DNA from: Segetibacter sp.
Lineage (GTDB): Bacteria; Bacteroidota; Bacteroidia; Chitinophagales; Chitinophagaceae
DNA length: 41,654 bases
Assembly (NCBI GenBank): GCA_036387965.1
Contig: DASVST010000126.1
Location: forward strand, 1 to 41,654
Direction: 5' to 3'
The notes beneath the pieces were generated by a model. That model had not been told where the DNA came from, did not search any database, and saw only the letters and a list, made by a program, of their open reading frames with translations. Every line of letters starts with the position of its first letter. Position 1 is the stretch's first letter. A program made the position numbers and the translations under genes. Below are positions 28,334-37,402 of this stretch, piece after piece.

Positions 28334-29968
28334 TTAAATTTTTCTTGCTGTGTTAATTACGTTTACTCCATTAAAGCGTGTGGTTGATGAACCGTGAGAT
28401 ACGGCACTCACCTGCCCCGGTTGCCCTTTGCCATCAAAGAAAGATCCGCCTAAGCGATAGTCACTTTGATCAGCAATCGCTGCTGTTGAATTCCAGAACT
28501 CCTGCGTGTTGCTTTGGTAAGCAACATCCTTGAGCATGCCAGCGATTTTACCGTTTTTAATCTCGTAATAAAGTTGTCCGCCGAATTGGAAGTTGTAGCG
28601 TTGCTGATCGATGGAGAAGGAGCCGTCACCAATAATGTAAATGCCTTTTTCAACGCCCTTAATCAAATCATCGATGCTCTTCTTTACTTTACCCGGCTGC
28701 AAAGAAATATTTGCCATACGTTGAAACTGAACGCTGCTCCAGTTGTCTGCATAACAGCAACCCTGCGATTCATTCAAACCGATTATGTGTGCCTGGTCTC
28801 TTATAGCCTGGTAGTTCACCAAGGTTCCATCTTTAATAATATCCCACTGTTTTGTTTTTACACCTTCATCATCGTAACCCACGGCACCAAGTGAACCTTT
28901 TTGCGTTTTATCAGCAAACAGGTTGACCATCTTATTGCCGAAGTTGAATTTCTTTGTCTCCCATTTATCAAGGGTAAGAAAACTTGTTCCTGCATAGTTT
29001 GCTTCATATCCTAAAACACGATCAAGTTCCGATGGATGCCCAACAGATTCATGGATCGTCAACCATAGATGCGAAGGGTCAAGAACAAGATCATACTTGC
29101 CGGGCTCAACGGATTTTGCAGTAAGCTTTTGTGTTGCCTGCAAAGCGCCTGCTTTGGCATCTTCCAACATATCATAACGCTCTTTGTATAAGGTTGTAAC
29201 ACCTTTTATCCTGTCTTGTGCGCGGGGCATTAAATATTCATAGCCCATACCAACTGGCGAGCTCAAAGAATTTCTCGTCTCAAACTTGCCTGATTTTGCA
29301 TCGATCTTAGTAATGAAAAATGTTGGCCAGATGCGATGCACATCCTGGTCGATATAAGAGCCATCTGTTGATGCGAAATACTTTTGCTCGTTTACTAAGA
29401 ACAAAAGTGAGTTTATGTAGTTAGCTCCGTTCTTCATTGCTGCATCATTTACCGAAAGCAACAAATCAGCCTTTTCTTTTATCGGCACTTCAAATGCATT
29501 CTTTTCAATGGGTGTTTTCCACGAGACTTCGCCATAACCTTTTTGAGGGGCAAGTCTTACCGGCTCTGATAACAATCTTGAGTTTTCTTTAGCGATCTGT
29601 ACAGCTAATGCAGCAGCTTTTGCTATGCTGTCATTATCCAGTTTATCAGTTGCAGCAAAACCCCAGCTACCGTTGCTTATCACTCGTATACCCAAACCAT
29701 AGGATTCAGTATTGACCGTGTTTTCAACTTTGTTTTCGCGGGTAATAACGTATTGGTTAAGGTAGCGACCAATACGCACATCTGTATAAGTTGCACCTCT
29801 CGATCGGGCTGCATTTAAAGCAACATCAGCCATTTGCTTTTTAAGTGCAACGTCAATTGGCGTAAGTGCTTGTTCAATAGAAATGTCTTTGCCAAATACA
29901 GGAATAGATTGCAGCAGTGAAGCTCCAACTCCGAGTCCTGCAAAGTGGAGGAAGTCTCTTCGTTTCAA
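28334..29968 (-). CDS. tldD: TldD metalloprotease subunit, Tat-type signal (paralog 2)
   Basis: TTG start, MKRRDFLH plus hydrophobic stretch; HESVGH; FFDGKGQP. Confidence 0.92.
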   Translation of the reverse strand: MKRRDFLHFAGLGVGASLLQSIPVFGKDISIEQALTPIDVALKKQMADVALNAARSRGATYTDVRIGRYLNQYVITRENKVENTVNTESYGLGIRVISNGSWGFAATDKLDNDSIAKAAALAVQIAKENSRLLSEPVRLAPQKGYGEVSWKTPIEKNAFEVPIKEKADLLLSVNDAAMKNGANYINSLLFLVNEQKYFASTDGSYIDQDVHRIWPTFFITKIDAKSGKFETRNSLSSPVGMGYEYLMPRAQDRIKGVTTLYKERYDMLEDAKAGALQATQKLTAKSVEPGKYDLVLDPSHLWLTIHESVGHPSELDRVLGYEANYAGTSFLTLDKWETKKFNFGNKMVNLFADKTQKGSLGAVGYDDEGVKTKQWDIIKDGTLVNYQAIRDQAHIIGLNESQGCCYADNWSSVQFQRMANISLQPGKVKKSIDDLIKGVEKGIYIIGDGSFSIDQQRYNFQFGGQLYYEIKNGKIAGMLKDVAYQSNTQEFWNSTAAIADQSDYRLGGSFFDGKGQPGQVSAVSHGSSTTRFNGVNVINTARKI

Positions 29969-30151
29969 AATGGTTTAGGTTTAAGTTGATGAGGGATAAG
30001 CAGTTAGTAAGATAGAAAAAATATTTAAAGTATATAACGAAAATATTTCTTTGGTTCTAAAGGCAAGCAAGATTGAGAGAAGTTGTTAGCCGACATTTGG
30101 TTCTTTACTCAACATCGTTGTGTCACTCACTTCGGGTTTTCCTACCTTCCC

Positions 30152-30413
30152 CGTCATTGCGAGGAACGAAGCAATCTGCTGCATGAGTTAAGAGATGTTA
30201 GCAGTTTCGTCTACGCTTAGTATTTTCCGGAAACCTTTACACAGCAACTGCAGATTGCTTCGTCGTTCCTCCTCGCAATGACGTTCTCCGTTGGTCATTC
30301 TGAAATCACTTTGGATATCCTGTTGTGCTTGAACAGTTGTGCAATTGCTTCGTATTACAAACGACTTCTTTAAGAGAGCAGGGGATTGCTTCGTCGTTCC
30401 TCCTCGCAACGAC
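30152..30413. repeat. CGTC-type REP cluster
   Basis: 30152-30180, 30250-30286 (37 bp identical to 26782-26818), degenerate 30294-30332 and 30384-30413. Confidence 0.85.
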
Positions 30414-30419
30414 AGGTAT

Positions 30420-30451
30420 AAAAAAGGAGCAATTTTCATTGCTCCTTTTTT
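30420..30451 (-). terminator. Intrinsic (potentially bidirectional) terminator after tldE paralog 1
   Basis: AAAAAAGGAGCAAT-TTTC-ATTGCTCCTTTTTT next to the stop codon. Confidence 0.85.
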
Positions 30452-30453
30452 TA

Positions 30454-31770
30454 TTAAACTGCATCCGACAAGGACGTGAAAGTAAAGTCTCGAATCTTTA
30501 ATGGTGGAACAATCATGTTACCTGTTCTCTCCGGTTTGCCAAGTTCTTCTACGTTATTAAGCATAATAACAGGACTCTCATTAAAGCGGAAGTTTTTGAT
30601 AGGGAACTTGATCTTACCATTCTCAATGTAAAAAGTTCCGTCGCGGGTAAGACCGGTAAGTAACAAGGTTTGTGGGTCAACATTTCTTATATACCAAAAA
30701 CGTGTAACCAGGATTCCTTTGTCAGTATTCTTAATCATGTCTTGTATCGAAGACTTGCCACCTTCCATAACCATGCGGTTTGCACCGGGTTGTGCTTCAA
30801 CTCCCTGCTTTTGCGCCCAATATCTTGAGTAGGATAATTTCTTTACAACTCCTTTATCAACCCAGACTGTTTTCTTCTGTGGACGGCCATCGCCTGCAAA
30901 AGTTGAGAAGGGAAGATCAGGATGCAAGGGATCAGAATAGACCGTTACTTTCTCATCAAACAGTTGCTCGTTTAAACGGGTGCCACCGCCTTTCTTGCTC
31001 ATGTAGCTGCGGCCTTCATCTGCACTACGTGCATCAAATCCGCCAAACATATTCCCAAGCATATCACTTACAGCCAAAGGCTCAAGTATAACGGTATACT
31101 TGCCTGGCTCAATTGCTTTTGCTCCAACAGAGCCGTTAGCTTTTGAAGCGGCAATTTTAGTCAATGCTAAAGTATCGAGCTTGCTGGTATCGTTATAACT
31201 CTTGCTTATATAACCGGAACCTGTTCCTTCAGCATTGCGAACTGTGACAGAAAAAGAAACATCAGTATCCTTGTTGTAACCAAACAATCCTTTAGAATTC
31301 AACATAGCATTAAAGCTTGTTGTATTCTCAAGGTAGCCGGCTGCTTCGAGCTTTGCATCTTTTGAAGCCTTTAAACTCTTGGCTACGTTTTCAGCTCTGA
31401 CGTCAGGATTTATTGCTGCTGTATTTGCTTTGTATGTAACAGGCTCAAGATAAGTTTGCGGGCCAAGCAAAGGCATGTACTCAGGGTTTTCAGGAGCCAG
31501 CCTTGCAAGCTCTTCAGCCCTGCGGACAACTTTCTCTAATGATGCATCATCAAACTCGTTGATGGTTGCAACACCAGTTCTCTTGCCGAATGAGGAAGAT
31601 ACTCCCAGGTTCATCTGGCTGATATCCCCAGCAGTTGATACGGCGTTACGGGCATACCGGATATTACCACCCTCGGAACCGCCGAGATTTATTGTACACT
31701 CATCAGCCTTAGAAAAACTCATCGCTTTCTTAAGGATGGCTTGTGCTTCTTCTTTACTAAGTATAGGCAT
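30454..31770 (-). CDS. tldE: TldE/PmbA non-catalytic subunit (paralog 1), no signal peptide
   Basis: Same motifs as 26998-28332; lacks HExxxH. Confidence 0.9.
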   Translation of the reverse strand: MPILSKEEAQAILKKAMSFSKADECTINLGGSEGGNIRYARNAVSTAGDISQMNLGVSSSFGKRTGVATINEFDDASLEKVVRRAEELARLAPENPEYMPLLGPQTYLEPVTYKANTAAINPDVRAENVAKSLKASKDAKLEAAGYLENTTSFNAMLNSKGLFGYNKDTDVSFSVTVRNAEGTGSGYISKSYNDTSKLDTLALTKIAASKANGSVGAKAIEPGKYTVILEPLAVSDMLGNMFGGFDARSADEGRSYMSKKGGGTRLNEQLFDEKVTVYSDPLHPDLPFSTFAGDGRPQKKTVWVDKGVVKKLSYSRYWAQKQGVEAQPGANRMVMEGGKSSIQDMIKNTDKGILVTRFWYIRNVDPQTLLLTGLTRDGTFYIENGKIKFPIKNFRFNESPVIMLNNVEELGKPERTGNMIVPPLKIRDFTFTSLSDAV

Positions 31771-31779
31771 GTTTGTATA

Positions 31780-33417
31780 TTAAATTTTTCGTGCTGTATT
31801 AATTACGTTAACTCCATTAAAACGTGTGGTAACACTTCCATGAGAAACGGCACTTGATTGAGAAGGTTGTCCTTTTCCATCATTGAACGACCCGCCTAAA
31901 CGGTAGTCATCTTTATCCGCCAAATCAGTAAGTGAATTCCAGAATTCTTGTGTGTTACTTTGATAAGCAACATCGCGAAGCATACCGGCTATTTTACCAT
32001 TTTTTATCTCGTAAAATGTTTGTCCACCAAACTGGAAGTTGTAACGCTGTTGATCAATTGAGAAAGAACCATTACCCATAATGTAAATTCCTTTTTCAAC
32101 GCCTTTGATAACATCGTCAACACTTCGTTTTGCTTTGTTTGGTTGAAGAGAAACGTTCGGCATTCTTTGGAACTGAACATCAGCCCAGCTTTGGGAATAA
32201 GAAGATCCGTGAGATTCTTTTAAACCGATTATATGGGCCTGGTCGCGGGTTGCCTGGTAGTCTACAAGAATGCCATCTTTAATAATATTCCACTCCTTGC
32301 ACTTCACACCTTCATCATCCCAACCAACTGCACCAAGGGATCCTGTTTGGGTTTTATCGGCAACAATATTTGTAAGCTTGCTTCCGAAGTTGAAGTTTTT
32401 GGATTTCCATTTATCAAGCGTTAAAAAACTGGTTCCGGCATAATTTGCTTCGTACCCAAGAACACGATCTAACTCAGAAGGATGACCAACTGATTCATGT
32501 ATTGTTAACCATAAATGTGACGGATCAAGTACAACATCATACTTGCCAGGCTCAACTGACTTTGCTGATATTTTTTCACTCACATCTTTGGTCGCATTCC
32601 TGATGTCTTCAAGTATATCGTAACGGTCTTTGTAACGGGTTACAATACCGCCAACTTTTTGATCTGCTTTCGGCATCAGATATTCATAACCCATGCCCAT
32701 GGGCGAACTAAAGGATGCTCTTGTATCAAACTTGCCACTGGCTTTATCAATTTTAGTTACGCTGAACGTTGGATAAATACGATGTATATCCTGGTCGATG
32801 TAAGAACCATCAGTAGAAGCAAAATACTTTTGCTCGTTGACTGCGAATATTGCTGAGTTAACAAAGCTTGCTCCATTTTGCAATGCAATATCGTTGGCTG
32901 ATAAAAGCAGATCGACTTTATCTTTTACAGGAACCTCGAATGCGTTTTTTTCAATAGGAGCTTTCCATGCTACCTCACCAAAACCTTTTTGAGGAGCAAG
33001 TTGTACAGCTTCGCCCTGGATTTTAGCGTTTGCTTTTGCAACAGCAACAGCACGTTCTGCAACCTTTGCAATGTTATCTTTAGTTACATTGTCGGAAGCA
33101 GCAAAACCCCAGCAACCATTGGCAAGTACACGTATACCTGCACCAAACGATTCGGTATTTGCAACACCCTGAACATTTTTTTCGCGGGAAGCAACGAACT
33201 GGTTGAGGTAACGACCAATGCGAACATCTGCATATGTAGCACCTTTAGATTTTGCGACGTTCAATGCAACATCTGCAAGTTGTTTTTTAGTGGCTACATC
33301 CATTGCATCGTTCAATGCCTGCAAAGGATCTATTGGCCGCCCCAGCAGGAACGACTTTGGAATCATAATAGCTCCAAGGCTCATGGCCGACATTTGGAGA
33401 AAGTCTTTTCTTTTCAA
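31780..33417 (-). CDS. tldD: TldD metalloprotease subunit, variant Tat-type signal KRKDFL (paralog 1)
   Basis: Likely TTG start at 33417 (545 aa, aligns with paralogs), with AGGAGG 7 nt upstream; HESVGH; FNDGKGQP. Confidence 0.9.
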   Translation of the reverse strand: MKRKDFLQMSAMSLGAIMIPKSFLLGRPIDPLQALNDAMDVATKKQLADVALNVAKSKGATYADVRIGRYLNQFVASREKNVQGVANTESFGAGIRVLANGCWGFAASDNVTKDNIAKVAERAVAVAKANAKIQGEAVQLAPQKGFGEVAWKAPIEKNAFEVPVKDKVDLLLSANDIALQNGASFVNSAIFAVNEQKYFASTDGSYIDQDIHRIYPTFSVTKIDKASGKFDTRASFSSPMGMGYEYLMPKADQKVGGIVTRYKDRYDILEDIRNATKDVSEKISAKSVEPGKYDVVLDPSHLWLTIHESVGHPSELDRVLGYEANYAGTSFLTLDKWKSKNFNFGSKLTNIVADKTQTGSLGAVGWDDEGVKCKEWNIIKDGILVDYQATRDQAHIIGLKESHGSSYSQSWADVQFQRMPNVSLQPNKAKRSVDDVIKGVEKGIYIMGNGSFSIDQQRYNFQFGGQTFYEIKNGKIAGMLRDVAYQSNTQEFWNSLTDLADKDDYRLGGSFNDGKGQPSQSSAVSHGSVTTRFNGVNVINTARKI

Positions 33418-33483
33418 ATTATATCCTCCTTTTTTTATTGGTAAAGAGCAATCTAACACTTTTCGTTAGCTTTTAAATACCTC

Positions 33484-35292
33484 TCATAAAATTTTGTTTT
33501 CGAACCACAAATACCCGCAACATATTAGAAATAACAGGAAGAAGTAAATTTTTGGAAATTCTGTTTGGTGTGTTTTATCTAACCGTTTGCCTGTAGTGGC
33601 AGAAGGTTGATTTGAAAAAGCATATTGTTTTGTTCGCGTAGTCTTATCGAACGCATCAACAGTTTTCCAGTCGTTTTTATCGAACGCATACCACCAAAAC
33701 GTACTGCCATTTAGTTGAATTGTTGGTTGCCAGCCGGCTTTTGTAGGCCAGAATATTCCACTCCAATTATAAGGTAAGAGAGGATCGTTTTTAAGATATA
33801 CTGAGGTGCCGGCTACTTGTGCTATTGGTATGTCGGTTCGATTTGTTTCAACAGATATTGTTGTTGGTTGATCCACTCTTGGTAAAGAAGGAGAAACGCT
33901 CCATGTTTCATCTAAGGGTTTTTTGCCGGCTGATTTATTTAAAATCTCTGACCAAAGCTCCTCATAATCTTTTTGATTACCAGCAAGCATCCAGTTGAAG
34001 GTATTGTTGATAGTAGTAAAAATTATTTTGCCTGAGCCATATAAAGTGCTGTTTACAAAAACCCTGTTTTGCTTGTCTATTACGAGAGGTTGCGTTCCGT
34101 TTTGAACGCGAATTGATAAGGGACTTTCGATCGAAAGTGCTTGAAAGCTTGCTGAGGTATCTTGCAAATGCAAACGGATCTGTTGTTGTTGACTTCCTGA
34201 AATGGATGCAACCGGAAACCGGTTTGAATAAAATGCATTAGATGATTTATTACTTGCCCGTACAATTAGTCCAAGGTTTTTAGTTGCTACAAAACTTCCA
34301 ATAGTTCCCAACTCACCTTTTGATATTGATGAAAGCTCTGTAGCATGGGCGATAACAATGTTGAAGTTGCTGAGTAAGGCTGGTGTTATCCGATCAACGT
34401 TTAATGGATCAGTATTAAGGAAGTCTTTCGTGAATTTGCCTTTTGATATGAGTGTTCTTGTAACGGTTTTAAATCCTTTTTGACCGAGCGAATTCTTTAG
34501 AAACTTGTTTTCAAAATCAGGCGAAGAGCTTAGTAGGAGAATTTTTAAAGGCTCACCTTGTTCAATTTGAATCGGTATTGATTCGTTTGATACTGTATCC
34601 TTTCCATCAAGCACAACCAGCGAGTAAACAGATCTGCCAGCATGTTTAGGTATTGTAGTCAACTCAAAAGTTTGGTACTTATTCGGGTTGATTTTTATGG
34701 AATCGAGCGTTGTATTGAAACCCTTCAAGACCATTTTCAATGTTGAAGAAGAAGCATTGTTAAAACTTCCTTGAATATAAAGTTTATCGCCAGTTTTGAG
34801 TTTGTCAGTCCAGTGTATAGTAGTTATGCCGGTTACTTGCTTTGCAGGATGAAATACAATTGGCATACTGTCCAAGTCAGTTAACTCATCAGCCTCAAGT
34901 CCGTTTCCATAAACATGAATTGCACTTACATCTTTTTGAATTTTTCTAATCGAACTTAACCTGCTCACAAGTTTTGTGTTAAACTTTCTTGAGGCGACTA
35001 ATTTATCATCTAAGGTGAAGACCGGGGCTTTGTCGTTGGCTTTTAGTAGAGCTGTTACACTCTCACTCTCAAAACCTTCTGTTAGTAAAATAACGTTGTT
35101 AGAAGAATTACTCTTAATTATTTTACCATAATAAATTGGCAATGCAATACACGCTAAGCTAACCACTGCAAGTATTGATGAAAGCACTCTCCAAAGTAAT
35201 CTTGCTTTGTTATTTCGATTAACTTCTTTCCAAATGAGAAAAGCGAGTAACAACAAGCTTAAACCTATAACTATAAAACTCCACTCAATCAT
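33484..35292 (-). CDS. MoxR-operon membrane protein (N-terminal TMs, Ig-like and GATase-like domains, C-terminal TM)
   Basis: Two N-terminal TMs, KILLLSSSPDFENKFLK segment, C-terminal FFLLFLICCGYLWFENK; overlaps the upstream gene. Confidence 0.75.
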   Translation of the reverse strand: MIEWSFIVIGLSLLLLAFLIWKEVNRNNKARLLWRVLSSILAVVSLACIALPIYYGKIIKSNSSNNVILLTEGFESESVTALLKANDKAPVFTLDDKLVASRKFNTKLVSRLSSIRKIQKDVSAIHVYGNGLEADELTDLDSMPIVFHPAKQVTGITTIHWTDKLKTGDKLYIQGSFNNASSSTLKMVLKGFNTTLDSIKINPNKYQTFELTTIPKHAGRSVYSLVVLDGKDTVSNESIPIQIEQGEPLKILLLSSSPDFENKFLKNSLGQKGFKTVTRTLISKGKFTKDFLNTDPLNVDRITPALLSNFNIVIAHATELSSISKGELGTIGSFVATKNLGLIVRASNKSSNAFYSNRFPVASISGSQQQQIRLHLQDTSASFQALSIESPLSIRVQNGTQPLVIDKQNRVFVNSTLYGSGKIIFTTINNTFNWMLAGNQKDYEELWSEILNKSAGKKPLDETWSVSPSLPRVDQPTTISVETNRTDIPIAQVAGTSVYLKNDPLLPYNWSGIFWPTKAGWQPTIQLNGSTFWWYAFDKNDWKTVDAFDKTTRTKQYAFSNQPSATTGKRLDKTHQTEFPKIYFFLLFLICCGYLWFENKIL

Positions 35293-37402
35293 TCCTGCGG
35301 TTTAAATTCCTGAAATATTGTTGAGATAATTTGCCAGGTGTTGTGGATGTTTGTTGTGGGAGTTTGGCGGACGAAGAAAGCATGCGTTGTAATCCGCTGC
35401 CCGCGATATTTATGTCTTTAGGCTTGTATTCTTTTCTAAGAATTCTTCTTAACGATTCGAGCGATGATAGATAGTTTGCTGGCTCTGCTGCAGCTTTGTT
35501 ACTCAACTGCATGCTAGCCTGTTCTAAAGTCTCAATTGATATTTTGTCTAAAGGTTCTTTATTACGCACTATTTCTAAAACACCCAATGCCTGTCGCAAT
35601 GTTTTAGTGTAATCACTTTTAGTTTCTATGGTGCGCTGCGAAACTGGTTGTATAATCTTATCAAGCTCTCCCGTAAGTCTTTTTTCAGGCTTCAATGGTG
35701 TTGTTTTCATTCCTGTCTTCGCCACATAAACCCTGGTTGATTGTTGCAGTTCCTTTAAAAGCTTTAAAGCCTTGTATTCAAAAGGCAATGCGTCTTTTGG
35801 CTTGATTGTTCTGAGCTGCAATTCTGCCTTCCACATTTCTGCAAGGGTAGCTTTCAATTGCTTTTTTGTTTCTGCGTCAAAGAAAGTTGCATCTTCAGAG
35901 TTATCGTGAAGATGGGCATATGCGTCCTGTAGTTTTTTCGTGTTACCAAATTCTTCAGCTTCATCATGTCCTTCTTCATCGCCATGTTCGCCTCCAATCT
36001 CAACGTCCGTTTCTTCGCCTAAAAATTTGCCATAACGAAGTCGTAAGAGTTTTTGATCAGTACCTAAATCATTGCTCTTGTTCTTAAATGCTTCAAGACT
36101 CATGGTGTCACGACTTTTTAATAGTTGCTCTGTTTCAATAATTATTTGTCGCTGACTTCTGAAAAATTCCGGCTTAATGTTTACACCACTCATCATTCCC
36201 TCTGCTTCCAAGAGTTGTTCAGTGTTTTCTAAACGCACAATTAAAATATCAGAGCGCTTTTCCTGGTTTTTATTGTCAATGGCAGAAACATAGAAATATA
36301 ACTCATCACCTGCTTTCATTCCTAAAGATGAAAGGTTGATCAACTGTTGTAACTGGTACTGTCTCCTTCCACTCGCAAAATTTGCAAATGGTATTTGCTT
36401 CTCCTGGAATTTGACTGCTTCACCACTGCCACTTGCTATAGTTGCAAATATGGTTGATCTACTAATTCCATAATCGTCGGCTAAGGTTACACTCAAGTTT
36501 GTTCTTGGTGGCTGCCCTGCTTCAATTAATGTATTTGGTTTTGGAGTATTAACTACAATGATTGGAACTTTATCTGGTATAACTTCTATTCTATACAATT
36601 CAGAAAGGATGTTGCCGATTTTCACCTGGTAAAAGCCGGGCTTAACCACTTGCCTGCTGGCTAACCACTTGGTTTGATTGTTCGCCGCACTAAGCTTTAA
36701 AACCGACTTATCATTGAATACTAACACCAACTCCTTTACTGGGGTTGTTGTATATATACTCCATGTAATTATTGCACCTTCTTCAGCGACTATGTTAAAC
36801 CGGTTTTGTTGGCGTATTGATTTACCAGTATAAACTGGCGGTGCTATTTTGATTTGTGCACTTTTAATTTGAGGAAGCTTTACTTCGGGCTTGGATGATG
36901 TAACAGAAGATTGTTCTGAGCTATTGTCTTCAACTAGTTGCCTGAAGTTTATAGGCAGGAACAATAAAAACAAACTAAGAAGGATAGATGCAATCAACAT
37001 TATGAAAGCAACTTTAAAACCAATGTTGATCCGTTGAGGCGTTTGTATATTAATATCAATTGCACGTTCTACTTTTTGAAGCTGTAAGCGCTCAAAGAAG
37101 TTTAATTCATCAGCAGGCTTAAGGATAAGAAATGCACTTTCTTCTGCAGCAGGAATCGTTCGATCAATAAAACTTGTTACATCCTTTTGATCAGGTTTCT
37201 TATACAAGAAGAAGTAGGTTATAGTTGCAAAAACCGCAAGCATCAGAGGCATAACATACCAAGGCAAGTCAAACTGCTTGATGATAATAGCAGAAACCAA
37301 AATACCTATCGTAGAGCTCATAAATAAATAGATCAACAAGGTTTTTGTTGTCCACTTTTTTTGAAGTGCATGTATAATATTCTTACCCTGCAATGCTGCC
37401 AC
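35285..37402 (-). CDS. DUF4175-like membrane protein with Ig-like domains and a C-terminal helical region
   Basis: Three N-terminal TMs; IAPPVYTG, DDYGI, GDELYFYVSAIDN, FFRSQRQIII; short His/Glu-rich linker. Confidence 0.7.
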   Translation of the reverse strand: MAALQGKNIIHALQKKWTTKTLLIYLFMSSTIGILVSAIIIKQFDLPWYVMPLMLAVFATITYFFLYKKPDQKDVTSFIDRTIPAAEESAFLILKPADELNFFERLQLQKVERAIDINIQTPQRINIGFKVAFIMLIASILLSLFLLFLPINFRQLVEDNSSEQSSVTSSKPEVKLPQIKSAQIKIAPPVYTGKSIRQQNRFNIVAEEGAIITWSIYTTTPVKELVLVFNDKSVLKLSAANNQTKWLASRQVVKPGFYQVKIGNILSELYRIEVIPDKVPIIVVNTPKPNTLIEAGQPPRTNLSVTLADDYGISRSTIFATIASGSGEAVKFQEKQIPFANFASGRRQYQLQQLINLSSLGMKAGDELYFYVSAIDNKNQEKRSDILIVRLENTEQLLEAEGMMSGVNIKPEFFRSQRQIIIETEQLLKSRDTMSLEAFKNKSNDLGTDQKLLRLRYGKFLGEETDVEIGGEHGDEEGHDEAEEFGNTKKLQDAYAHLHDNSEDATFFDAETKKQLKATLAEMWKAELQLRTIKPKDALPFEYKALKLLKELQQSTRVYVAKTGMKTTPLKPEKRLTGELDKIIQPVSQRTIETKSDYTKTLRQALGVLEIVRNKEPLDKISIETLEQASMQLSNKAAAEPANYLSSLESLRRILRKEYKPKDINIAGSGLQRMLSSSAKLPQQTSTTPGKLSQQYFRNLNRRND

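Noticed and set aside
26675-30413. CRISPR array interpretation of the 30-37 bp repeats
   Set aside because: The copies are inverted, irregularly spaced and few, and there are no cas genes
30188-30439. 83-aa ORF between tldE1 and tldD2
   Set aside because: Made of REP translations and starts inside the terminator hairpin
33418-33459. ORF-track N-terminal extensions of tldD1 (to 33459) and tldD3 (to 26600)
   Set aside because: Paralog alignment, near-equal lengths and the position of the Tat motif favour starts at 33417 and 26582
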